Below are positions 18,253 through 25,999 of a stretch of 30,755 bases of DNA, piece after piece. The first letter of the stretch is position 1. Each line of letters starts with the position of its first letter. The notes below the pieces were generated by a model. The model was not told where the DNA came from, searched no databases, and was given only the letters and a program-made list of their open reading frames with translations. The DNA is from a virus (lineage: Duplodnaviria > Caudoviricetes), in IMG/VR virus record IMGVR_UViG_3300011337_000203, positions 1 through 30,755 of that record. One strand, given 5' to 3'. The position numbers and the translations under genes are program-made.

Positions 18253-18544
18253 TACCTGTTCGGTTTACATTAATACTTATCTGCTGTATTCTAGCATCTA
18301 CTTCTATACTACCTTTTAAATCTATACTTCTCATCTTAGGCATTGCATACTCCATAAGTTTCATTGATAACTCTAATGCTTTGACAGGGTCTGTCTTTTT
18401 TAATTCTTCTAAATCAGATTGTATTGTATTCAAAGTATTATTAACCGCTCTATTAATAGTTAACCTCATTTGTTCGGTTGTTCTATTTAATGCACCTGGT
18501 GGTCTTCCCTTTGCTAATTGATGTCCTTTTTCAAACTTCGCCAT
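18236..18544 (-). CDS. terS: Terminase small subunit (putative)
   Basis: FEKG...GRPPGALNR N-terminus and EYAMPK motif; overlaps the terL start. Confidence 0.75.
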   Translation of the reverse strand: MAKFEKGHQLAKGRPPGALNRTTEQMRLTINRAVNNTLNTIQSDLEELKKTDPVKALELSMKLMEYAMPKMRSIDLKGSIEVDARIQQISINVNRTGSELRD

Positions 18545-18578
18545 TATCTGTCCATTATTTTAATGATATATTTGTATA

Positions 18579-18606
18579 TATAACCAACTAATCTTTTTTT
18601 GTAGTA
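18579..18606 (-). promoter_or_regulatory. Candidate phage late promoter (TACTAC-N14-TGGTTATA)
   Basis: Shared motif upstream of terS. Confidence 0.6.
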
Positions 18607-18737
18607 GAGCCACTCTGTTCTGCTTTTAATCTTTTATACATTTCATTGTATTGTCTTTCTAACTCATCTAATTCTTCTAAATTCATATTCTTTTTAATTT
18701 CTTCTACAATCTGTTTGATTTGTTCTTCGTTATTCAT
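18588..18737 (-). CDS. Small 49-aa helical protein (absent from ORF track)
   Basis: MNNEEQIKQIVEEIKKNMNLEELDELERQYNEMYKRLKAEQSGSTTKKD; overlaps the stop of the sigma-like gene. Confidence 0.6.
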   Translation of the reverse strand: MNNEEQIKQIVEEIKKNMNLEELDELERQYNEMYKRLKAEQSGSTTKKD

Positions 18738-19281
18738 TTTCAAATGGGTTTTGTATATTATTTTTTAAATGTTTTTTTACTTTCTTTACTGCTAAGAACA
18801 CCGTACTCTTACTTATTCGGATATCTTTACTTACTTCATCTAAGGTTTTATCTGAGAACCAATAATGTTCATATATCATAGCACTTGCAAATCCTTTTCT
18901 ATTTTTCATATTATGTAGTTCTTCCCTTACTTCATCATATGCTTTATCTATCTTCTCATCTCTATGGTAATCATACTCTGTATCTATTTCATCATAATCG
19001 TCCGCTAATCTTTTCTTTTTATTATCTCTTTTAATACCATTGATAAATCTACTTAGGATAAACTGTCTACAATATTGTAAATTAAAACTATCTAAGTAAA
19101 ATAATTTAGGATTACACTTCTCCCCTAAATACACATACAAATCAGATACCAACTCTTGTGTTGTTTCTTGATTATGTGATATATTAAATGCTACCGCTCC
19201 TAACCACTTATGATGTTTATTATATAGAACTTCTAATCTCTTATTACATTCTACTGATATGGATTGTGTAACTTCATTCAT
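18730..19281 (-). CDS. Sigma-70/ECF-like factor, probable late transcription activator
   Basis: Region-2-like LYNKHHKWL..A...ELVSDLYVYL and region-4 HTH KTLDEVSKDIRISKSTVF. Confidence 0.75.
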   Translation of the reverse strand: MNEVTQSISVECNKRLEVLYNKHHKWLGAVAFNISHNQETTQELVSDLYVYLGEKCNPKLFYLDSFNLQYCRQFILSRFINGIKRDNKKKRLADDYDEIDTEYDYHRDEKIDKAYDEVREELHNMKNRKGFASAMIYEHYWFSDKTLDEVSKDIRISKSTVFLAVKKVKKHLKNNIQNPFENE

Positions 19282-19523
19282 TAAACAGCTTCAACTCTTT
19301 TAATATAATCTTGTAATACATCTACCGCTTTTCTCCATAATCCTGCTGCAGTTTTACAACCACAGGGCTGATTTTCATTACTACCGCTAATCTTTTTGTA
19401 AGTACTCCAAACATAAGTTAATAACATTTCAGGTAGATAATCTTTAATAGATTGTATCTTATCTTTAAGTTCTACATACTCACTCTCTGTTAATGGATTG
19501 TATTTGTTTTCTATTGTACTCAT
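19281..19523 (-). CDS. Hypothetical protein with QPCGC motif
   Basis: Coupled ORF with LTESEY and PCGCK segments. Confidence 0.7.
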   Translation of the reverse strand: MSTIENKYNPLTESEYVELKDKIQSIKDYLPEMLLTYVWSTYKKISGSNENQPCGCKTAAGLWRKAVDVLQDYIKRVEAV

Positions 19524-19524
19524 A

Positions 19525-19779
19525 TTATTCTCCTTTAAAAATTCTATCTTCTATATTAGGTTCTGCAGTAGGTAATGGAATTGGATTATTTAAATTTAAG
19601 AACTTACCTAATTGATTAATATTCGGATGGTCATACGGAAATACTATACCCATCGATGCTAAGATTAAGATTAAATCATTTACCGATGTTAATTTAGTGA
19701 AGTCTATCATATACATATATCCTTCTTTTACATCTGCTTTGTCTGATAAGCTGTTTAAGCTGCTTTTAATTTCTACCAT
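19525..19779 (-). CDS. Hypothetical protein
   Basis: Co-oriented and tightly packed. Confidence 0.65.
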   Translation of the reverse strand: MVEIKSSLNSLSDKADVKEGYMYMIDFTKLTSVNDLILILASMGIVFPYDHPNINQLGKFLNLNNPIPLPTAEPNIEDRIFKGE

Positions 19780-19791
19780 GTTTTATTTGTT

Positions 19792-20175
19792 TTATTTATT
19801 TTCGTTTTTTCTTTGTTCTGCTACACTAATTAAATTTATATACTGCATTAGGGCTTTATCTTCTAATATCCTATCCATTTGTTTACTGATGAATGCTCTC
19901 GTATCCTCTCTCTTTGTTAGAGTTTTTATTTCTTTGTTTATAGATGACCAAAACCCTTTTCTATTTTCTACTTTATAATCTCTATATGCTTCTATTCTAT
20001 TTAATGCAGCACCGACCTCTGCTCTTTTATCCTTTTGTCCTTTACTTATTTTTTGTAATTCAATTCTATAACATTCAATACATCGTGCTCTCTTTGGTTG
20101 TTTAGGATGTTGTTCATCAAATACTACACCGCATGCTCCACACTTTGTTGCTAGTTGTCTTAAACTTCTTCCCAT
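19792..20175 (-). CDS. Zn-finger-containing basic protein
   Basis: CGAC-x15-CIEC motif; coupled to the upstream gene. Confidence 0.7.
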   Translation of the reverse strand: MGRSLRQLATKCGACGVVFDEQHPKQPKRARCIECYRIELQKISKGQKDKRAEVGAALNRIEAYRDYKVENRKGFWSSINKEIKTLTKREDTRAFISKQMDRILEDKALMQYINLISVAEQRKNENK

Positions 20176-20405
20176 TAAAATAATTTTATTCCTTCTTTAC
20201 AACCACATAGTTCATTGAGATATATCCTACGTTCCTCACAGCCACACGTAGCATAGCCAAATTTCGATGCAATCCAACTAGCGATATCTTTACCCCACCC
20301 GAATGTCACTACGTTAATTAACCCCTCTACAATGTTTCCTAATTTGATTATGCACCACATATGATTTAGTTTTTTTTTCTTAATTGTGCTGATGGTGTTT
20401 TCCAA
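20175..20405 (-). CDS. Hypothetical protein with CGCEERR motif (start may be the internal Met)
   Basis: LGN.VE.LI...CGCEERR..LN pattern. Confidence 0.7.
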   Translation of the reverse strand: MENTISTIKKKKLNHMWCIIKLGNIVEGLINVVTFGWGKDIASWIASKFGYATCGCEERRIYLNELCGCKEGIKLF

Positions 20406-20740
20406 TACTTTTGTGTATTTTCTGCTACTGTCAACATCTGTAAATTCTTTAACCTATTATCAGATTTGATATCGTTGATATGGTCTATTACAAATCCTTC
20501 GGTGATAGGTCCTACAAATGCTTCATATACTAACCTATGAACTCTTAATGAACTTCTTTGATTTGTTTTTTTACCCCAATAAATGTTAGCGTATAAGTAA
20601 CCGGTTTTCTTTTTAGATAGAGTTAATAATCTTAATTCGGTTCTCGCTGTTAGGTTGTTACCTCTTTTTGATGTCCATACTTTACCATCGGTATCAATAA
20701 AGTATCCATCGTAACCTTTAATTTCTTTAATCTTTGCCAT
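20366..20740 (-). CDS. NUMOD4-HNH homing endonuclease
   Basis: IKGYDGYFI...G.V N-terminus, RVHRLV..AF and IDHINDIKSDNRLKNL motifs. Confidence 0.9.
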   Translation of the reverse strand: MAKIKEIKGYDGYFIDTDGKVWTSKRGNNLTARTELRLLTLSKKKTGYLYANIYWGKKTNQRSSLRVHRLVYEAFVGPITEGFVIDHINDIKSDNRLKNLQMLTVAENTQKYWKTPSAQLRKKN

Positions 20741-20764
20741 ATTTGTTTTATTATCTTATTATTA

Positions 20765-20796
20765 TAAATATACTCTAAAAATCTCAAACGAACAAA
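20765..20796 (-). promoter_or_regulatory. Bacteroidota sigmaA-like promoter (TTTG-N20-TATATTTA)
   Basis: Matches the TTTG-N19-21-TAnnTTTG consensus except for the last base. Confidence 0.6.
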
Positions 20797-20807
20797 TAAT
20801 TTAACAT

Positions 20808-20839
20808 AAAAAAACCCTACCGAAGAAATCGATAGGGTT
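20808..20839 (-). terminator. Intrinsic terminator
   Basis: AACCCTATCGA-TTTC-TTCGGTAGGG followed by T7 on the minus strand. Confidence 0.85.
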
Positions 20840-20910
20840 GGTAGAGTATTATTTGACCTCTACAAAAGTTATAAGGAGTCAGACTAAATGGCTGTAAAGA
20901 ACTGACTGAT
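20808..20910 (-). ncRNA. Candidate three-hairpin small RNA
   Basis: TTGTTATA box at 20912-20919, then stems AGTCAG/CTGACT and GTAGAG/CTCTAC, then the terminator. No ATG lies in the transcript. Confidence 0.55.
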
Positions 20911-20938
20911 ATATAACAAATATAATTTATTTTTTCTA

Positions 20939-21412
20939 TTATACCAAATTATCTAACTCTTTTATTTCTTTATCCGATGGTTTTAATCTCATCTTATCTG
21001 CTATACTATTATTTAAAGTATCAGTTATAGTTTTAGTTAAAGATTCATTTCTAGTTACAGTTCTAGTTTCAGTTTCAGTTCCAGTTTCCATTAGTTTATC
21101 ATATGTTTCTGATAAGTTATTCTTTATCTTACTTCTATTATTTCTTCTACTTTCAGTATAAGCTTTTCTTCTTTCACTTTCAGATTTCAGTTTAAGATTA
21201 ATATAATTGCCATCTGATTGTTTAATAAACTTATCTCTTACTCTTTTATCTTTATCAGTTAAAAGTGTATCTAAATCTTCATCAGTTAAGAATGATTGTT
21301 GATGTTGAATACAAAGTAAAGTTATGTATTTACCTTTCTGCTCGTTTGTCATTGTGATTGTACTACTCAAAAAATCAGATGTGTAGAACAATACTGCTGG
21401 GTCTTTTGCCAT
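20939..21412 (-). CDS. DUF1376/YdaU-like replication initiator
   Basis: KDPAVLFYTSDFL...MTNEQKGKYITLLC.QHQ N-terminus, followed by a basic helix and an ETGTETET linker. Confidence 0.75.
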   Translation of the reverse strand: MAKDPAVLFYTSDFLSSTITMTNEQKGKYITLLCIQHQQSFLTDEDLDTLLTDKDKRVRDKFIKQSDGNYINLKLKSESERRKAYTESRRNNRSKIKNNLSETYDKLMETGTETETRTVTRNESLTKTITDTLNNSIADKMRLKPSDKEIKELDNLV

Positions 21413-21461
21413 TGTGTTTCCTTTTTGTTTTGTTTATGTTAATAATATGTGTATCATATCT

Positions 21462-21493
21462 TAAAGATACAACAAATATAAGTATCAGCCAAA
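21462..21493 (-). promoter_or_regulatory. Bacteroidota sigmaA-like promoter (TTTG-N20-TATCTTTA)
   Basis: Consensus spacing, upstream of the replication gene. Confidence 0.65.
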
Positions 21494-21506
21494 TTTTGTA
21501 ACGAAA

Positions 21507-23468
21507 TTATTTTTTAGTTTTATTATATAAAATAGGTATTGGCATGTGTGAAACACACTTATTAAAGCAATCTCTTTTTTTAGCAACCGAAAAAGAATTT
21601 CTATCTTCGGTATACCATTCTCTTTGTGTTTTATATTTTTTTGCAATTTTAATTAAATCCGTATCTGTTCTATACGATAATCCTTTTTTCATATGTCTTG
21701 TTACCTTATCTATTATTGATAATCTTTTTGCAGCATTATATGCTCCACCAGCTTTATTAAAAAATTCATTATATGATTTATACTTTTTAGCTTCTTTCGT
21801 AATAGAATTTTCATCCCATTTTGTAAACTTCGTATTCATATGAGAACATATATCATTTAACCACCCATTAATTCTAGATGTTTCATATGCCATTGAATTT
21901 TTACTTTTAAAGTCCATTTTAAGATTGAATTTTAGTGCTTCTTTTTGACAATTTTCATAATTCCAATAACCGCTTGGCTTTGTATTTTTTATTTCAAAAA
22001 ACTTTGTTCTACATTCATCTAATGTAGTCCAAGCAATAGTACCAAACTTATCTGATTGTGAATACATAATATCTTGTTTAAATAAATTTAAATCTAATGG
22101 AATACCCAATTCTTCTAATGATTTTAATTGTTGTGTACCTTTCTTACCATTTGTAGATTGCTTTGATTTTTGCCCACTCTTTGTTGATTTCGTCAATACT
22201 TTTGGAATTAATATACCACCCATATTTTTACCATTGAATGATGAATAATAATAAGTTGGACTATCATTTGTAAATAAACATAAAGCACCAGTCATTAAAT
22301 CTACAAAATAACCTGCCGTATTTTTTGTTGCTACTTTGAAATAAGTTTTTTGTTTATCCTTATCTGATAATCTTAATATTCTACCCATCATTTGTAGTAT
22401 CATATCTAATGATTGTGTTAAGGTAAAATCTACTACATTAAACAAATCAGGTAAGTTATATCCTAATTTACCTCTATCTACTGCAACTAATACTTTATAT
22501 TCTGATTGAGTTCTAAATGTTTCAAAGTATTCACTATCTTTATCGTTATCACTATGAGATAATAAAACTTTATCTTTTAAACCTTTCATTGAATTTAATT
22601 CCTTAAAAAATGCATTTGATTGTTTTACCGAATGGCAGAAGATAATCGTTTTATCTAAATCATTGAACAATGAACTTATTTTATTTGCACCTCTTAAATT
22701 ACTTAAATACTTATTACCTAATCTACTTCTTAATTTAAGTATCATTTCATCACATACCATACTTAACGCATCTTTTGCTTGTTTTGCTGAATTTGTTTTT
22801 GATGCTTTAAGAGAACCATAGTTTGATAAATAATCTTTTTGTTTGAAATCATATGAAGAAGATACTACTTCAATTTTAATATTCGATACTCTATCTTCAT
22901 TATATAAATCCATTACAGGTACAAAGAAAAAATCAAATCCATTACCTTTAGCAATAAAGCGAGATGGAGTACCGGTCAATAACAATTGTTTTGTTGGTTT
23001 AATATGTTCAATAATAGTTTGAATAGTATTTTTGAAATACCATTGGTGAGCTTCATCTAAAATAAAATTATGTATTTTAGGTAACAATTTATAATTTCTA
23101 CTTATTGTTTGTGGTAATGCAATAATAACTTGATAAGATTTATCCTTAATTGCTTCCTCTAATTCTTTCTTATTAGTTGCAACAAAGTAACCAAAATTTG
23201 GATTGAACTTTTCTAACTCAATAGAATAGTTATCTCTTAAAACTGTTTTTGATGCAGGAACTACTAATGTTCTTTTGTTAGAGTTTTTCTTATCTGAATA
23301 AAATATTTCCAATGATATTAATGATGTAATTGTTTTACCAGCCGATGTACCCGCTGCTAATACTAATGGATTAATTGCATTTTCCCAAATCTTTTTACCA
23401 AAGAATTGATTTTGATAACCTATAATATTTAATCCTTTTTCTTTTGTAATACTTTTGTAAGTTTTCAT
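21507..23468 (-). CDS. SF2 DExH helicase (ResIII-like) with three C-terminal ~44-aa repeats
   Basis: Motifs I AGTSAGKT, II ILDEAH, III LTGTP, IV IIFC, V GYNLP and VI QMMGRILR. Confidence 0.9.
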   Translation of the reverse strand: MKTYKSITKEKGLNIIGYQNQFFGKKIWENAINPLVLAAGTSAGKTITSLISLEIFYSDKKNSNKRTLVVPASKTVLRDNYSIELEKFNPNFGYFVATNKKELEEAIKDKSYQVIIALPQTISRNYKLLPKIHNFILDEAHQWYFKNTIQTIIEHIKPTKQLLLTGTPSRFIAKGNGFDFFFVPVMDLYNEDRVSNIKIEVVSSSYDFKQKDYLSNYGSLKASKTNSAKQAKDALSMVCDEMILKLRSRLGNKYLSNLRGANKISSLFNDLDKTIIFCHSVKQSNAFFKELNSMKGLKDKVLLSHSDNDKDSEYFETFRTQSEYKVLVAVDRGKLGYNLPDLFNVVDFTLTQSLDMILQMMGRILRLSDKDKQKTYFKVATKNTAGYFVDLMTGALCLFTNDSPTYYYSSFNGKNMGGILIPKVLTKSTKSGQKSKQSTNGKKGTQQLKSLEELGIPLDLNLFKQDIMYSQSDKFGTIAWTTLDECRTKFFEIKNTKPSGYWNYENCQKEALKFNLKMDFKSKNSMAYETSRINGWLNDICSHMNTKFTKWDENSITKEAKKYKSYNEFFNKAGGAYNAAKRLSIIDKVTRHMKKGLSYRTDTDLIKIAKKYKTQREWYTEDRNSFSVAKKRDCFNKCVSHMPIPILYNKTKK

Positions 23469-23471
23469 AGT

Positions 23472-23621
23472 TTATTTTTTAGTGTTTAATTGTTGTTTTA
23501 ATTTATGTTGCGCTCTTAAATACGATTGTACTTTTTCTAATTCAGCTTTTAACTGCCAAACTTCTTTTGTTGTTTGAATAATTGCTGATGCTAATTTTTC
23601 TAATGTTAGTTCTTTTGCCAT
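23472..23621 (-). CDS. Small 49-aa early protein (absent from ORF track)
   Basis: MAKELTLEKLASAIIQTTKEVWQLKAELEKVQSYLRAQHKLKQQLNTKK. It lies 23 nt downstream of a TATCTTTG box and ends 3 nt before the helicase ATG. Confidence 0.7.
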   Translation of the reverse strand: MAKELTLEKLASAIIQTTKEVWQLKAELEKVQSYLRAQHKLKQQLNTKK

Positions 23622-23644
23622 TTTATTAATTTTGAGTATATACC

Positions 23645-23676
23645 CAAAGATACACCCATTTTTTGGACTTTCCTAC
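23645..23676 (-). promoter_or_regulatory. Early promoter with perfect Bacteroidota -7 box TATCTTTG
   Basis: Exact TAnnTTTG; the -33 position reads GTAG (degenerate). Confidence 0.65.
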
Positions 23677-23712
23677 TGCTTTTTGAACTATTTTGAAAAG
23701 TCTTTTATTGAG

Positions 23713-23820
23713 TATCAACACTTTACACATATATTTTTTTAATATGTAATAAAATCGTAATATTTGGGCATAAGTCGTTGAAAATGAGGTGTTTATAAGT
23801 TGTTGATAATCAATTAGTTG
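23713..23820. promoter_or_regulatory. Cluster of IHF-consensus sites (WATCAANNNNTTR)
   Basis: Exact matches at 23713-23725 (+), 23796-23808 (-) and 23808-23820 (+), and a one-mismatch site at 23771-23783 (-). Confidence 0.55.
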
Positions 23821-23859
23821 TGAAAAACCCACTTTTTAGGGTAAAAAACATAAAGACAC

Positions 23860-23890
23860 AAAAAAACCCATTAGCTTTTAATTAATGGGT
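23860..23890 (-). terminator. Intrinsic terminator ending the late region
   Basis: ACCCATTA...TAATGGG followed by T7 on the minus strand. Confidence 0.8.
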
Positions 23891-23972
23891 CTTAATCACT
23901 TTTGGTATGATTACCTTACTTTTATATTTGAGGGTTGACGATTAGGTTATTTCCTATTCCTGGTTGATTTTA

Positions 23973-24098
23973 TTATCTACCTTGTCCTTTATATTTACTT
24001 ACTGATTTATCTTTTGGACCACTTCCTTTTTTACCTTTTGGATTTCCTTTCTTTTTAGGTTTTAGCACTTTTACTGCTACGTTCATTCCTTTCGCCAT
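23973..24098 (-). CDS. 41-aa Lys/Gly-rich basic peptide ending YKGQGR (absent from ORF track)
   Basis: MAKGMNVAVKVLKPKKKGNPKGKKGSGPKDKSVSKYKGQGR, with a TAATG overlap to the upstream gene. Confidence 0.75.
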   Translation of the reverse strand: MAKGMNVAVKVLKPKKKGNPKGKKGSGPKDKSVSKYKGQGR

Positions 24099-24376
24099 TA
24101 TAAACTATTTTTACTTTTTTGTTCTAAATATTTTATCTCTACTCTTAATGCAGAAACTTCTTCTACTAACTTTAATATTTGTGCTCTCATCTCATCTTTC
24201 TCATCTGATGCTTGTTGTAGTAATAATTCTAATTTAGTAATTCTACTTTGGCAGTCGTTGCGCATGAAACGCTCGTCGTCTTCTTTATGTGATGCTCTTT
24301 TCTCAAAGTATTTCCATGCATTCACACCACCTAATGTAGTGATCGCAGTTATGATTACTGTATAGATATTTTCCAT
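24098..24376 (-). CDS. Membrane-anchored coiled-coil protein (holin-like candidate)
   Basis: One N-terminal hydrophobic helix followed by a long coiled coil. Confidence 0.5.
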   Translation of the reverse strand: MENIYTVIITAITTLGGVNAWKYFEKRASHKEDDERFMRNDCQSRITKLELLLQQASDEKDEMRAQILKLVEEVSALRVEIKYLEQKSKNSL

Positions 24377-24380
24377 AATA

Positions 24381-24806
24381 TTAATCTGTTATTGGTCCAC
24401 CTACTACCCAAGCATCACAAGTTCTATTTGCTGCACATTTAAAATCAAATGCTTCACAATATCCTAAATCACCTGCATCAATAGTATCCCACTCATTCAC
24501 ATCATTAATTCCACCAGCTATACACTCTAATATTTTCTTAGTTTGAACGAAGAAAGAACAATTACCACATAAGGCTTTCTTTGCACTTTCAACATCTTCA
24601 CCACCAAATACTTTTGCTTTAGCTATCCAATAATCTTCATTAGGTTCATTTGGATTGAGAGGACCATAATTTGCCTCATCAATACATTTCTGCCTATTAG
24701 CAAGATTTACTTTAACATTTTGTGTTGCAGTAGGACAAGTAGTTTCTTGTAATTTCTGAATAAATTTATTTGTGTAATTCATTGTTATTCTTTTATTGGA
24801 ATACAA
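24381..24806 (-). CDS. Cys-rich protein with HiPIP-like cysteine spacing (start probably the second Met)
   Basis: CGNC...GYCE...FKC...RTCDAW motif. Confidence 0.6.
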   Translation of the reverse strand: MYSNKRITMNYTNKFIQKLQETTCPTATQNVKVNLANRQKCIDEANYGPLNPNEPNEDYWIAKAKVFGGEDVESAKKALCGNCSFFVQTKKILECIAGGINDVNEWDTIDAGDLGYCEAFDFKCAANRTCDAWVVGGPITD

Positions 24807-25084
24807 TTAGGAACTTCTCTACCATCTACATCCTTTGTTCCGTATTGTTCATATCCTTCCCAGCACGGGTCACCACCTTCTTTTAAGTTAATTCCTTTGT
24901 ATTTATTTAATTGGTTGAGTTTACTCATCACTAATCTATCACCACTCATACCTTCTGCTTTTCTATAAGTGTTATAACAAATAGCTGCACTTTGTTCTTG
25001 TCCGTATTCATCGTATATTTCACCGATACATCTACTTACATATTCTTCTTCTGTTTCTTTTGGAGTTGGATTTGGTATTGGCAT
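24785..25084 (-). CDS. Two-module small protein, probable head-associated accessory
   Basis: PIP.P...E....RC...AAICY module plus PCWEGYEQYGTK...VPNCIP module. Confidence 0.65.
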   Translation of the reverse strand: MPIPNPTPKETEEEYVSRCIGEIYDEYGQEQSAAICYNTYRKAEGMSGDRLVMSKLNQLNKYKGINLKEGGDPCWEGYEQYGTKDVDGREVPNCIPIKE

Positions 25085-25088
25085 ATTA

Positions 25089-25988
25089 TTATGGTAATGT
25101 TTTTAAGAAAGCGTAATTTCTATTAATTTCATTTTGAGATAATGTTGAATTATAAATTAATATTCTTTTAACTGCTCCTCTAAATGCGTATGTAGTTTGA
25201 GAACCATCTGGTCCTGTCCAACCCGTAGGTGGGAATGTACTTTGTGAACCAAATGTTAAATCATCATTTGTAAAATCAAATGAACCTGTATATGAACTGT
25301 TTTTTATAAAAAATGGTTGCTCTTGTAAATTAGTTATTACAACTTGAGTTCCATTTACACCAAATCCATTATTTCCAGTATTCCATGCAAATATATTATA
25401 ACCGTTACCTTCAGGTGTATCATATGGTTCTAAATATGAAGAACCATTACTACCTGTATTAACTGCGGTTTCACTTGTTTGTTGTAATGAGCCAGGCCAT
25501 CCTAAGTATGTGAATGTATTTCCCAAACCTATATTAACACCACCCCAAAAACTTTTTTCTAATCCACCTGCATTTGTATTACTAAATAATGATACTGAGC
25601 CTGTAAATATTGGAGAACTTTGCCATTGTATAAAAATACATTGACCTTCCGTAGTATTTGGTACAGGTCCATCATTATAATTTGTTGGCCAATACAAATA
25701 ACTTCCTGTTGGAGCTCCACCACTTACACCAAAATTAATATTATATCCACCAAAAGAAGATGTGTTTTCACTAATTGAATTTACATCACCTACTACATAT
25801 GCATTATTGCCCCATCTACCATTATCAAACCATGTACCGGTAAAGGAATCATATGTTTTAGTAGTTGGAGTTAATTGTTCAGACTCTAAATAAGACCATA
25901 GATTTCTTTGAACTAATCCACTGCCACCTCCGCCACCGGCGTTGCCATCAATACATTCTTGCCAATTGTAGTTGTAGTTAAATTGCAT
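25089..25988 (-). CDS. LamG/concanavalin-like domain protein, probable head spike fibre
   Basis: TWFD...GNNA N-terminal and FRGAV.RILIYNSTLSQNEINRNY C-terminal signatures; follows a spike-base-like gene. Confidence 0.7.
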   Translation of the reverse strand: MQFNYNYNWQECIDGNAGGGGGSGLVQRNLWSYLESEQLTPTTKTYDSFTGTWFDNGRWGNNAYVVGDVNSISENTSSFGGYNINFGVSGGAPTGSYLYWPTNYNDGPVPNTTEGQCIFIQWQSSPIFTGSVSLFSNTNAGGLEKSFWGGVNIGLGNTFTYLGWPGSLQQTSETAVNTGSNGSSYLEPYDTPEGNGYNIFAWNTGNNGFGVNGTQVVITNLQEQPFFIKNSSYTGSFDFTNDDLTFGSQSTFPPTGWTGPDGSQTTYAFRGAVKRILIYNSTLSQNEINRNYAFLKTLP

Positions 25989-25999
25989 ATTATATTTTA

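Noticed and set aside
20888-20905. Plus-strand mini-ORF ATG GCT GTA AAG AAC TGA (MAVKN)
   Set aside because: No plus-strand promoter is evident and the terminator polarity is minus. It is better read as the complement of the candidate sRNA loop.
23626-23832. 68-aa minus-strand ORF in the track
   Set aside because: It overlies the IHF-like boxes and the early promoter, has a non-ATG start and has atypical composition.
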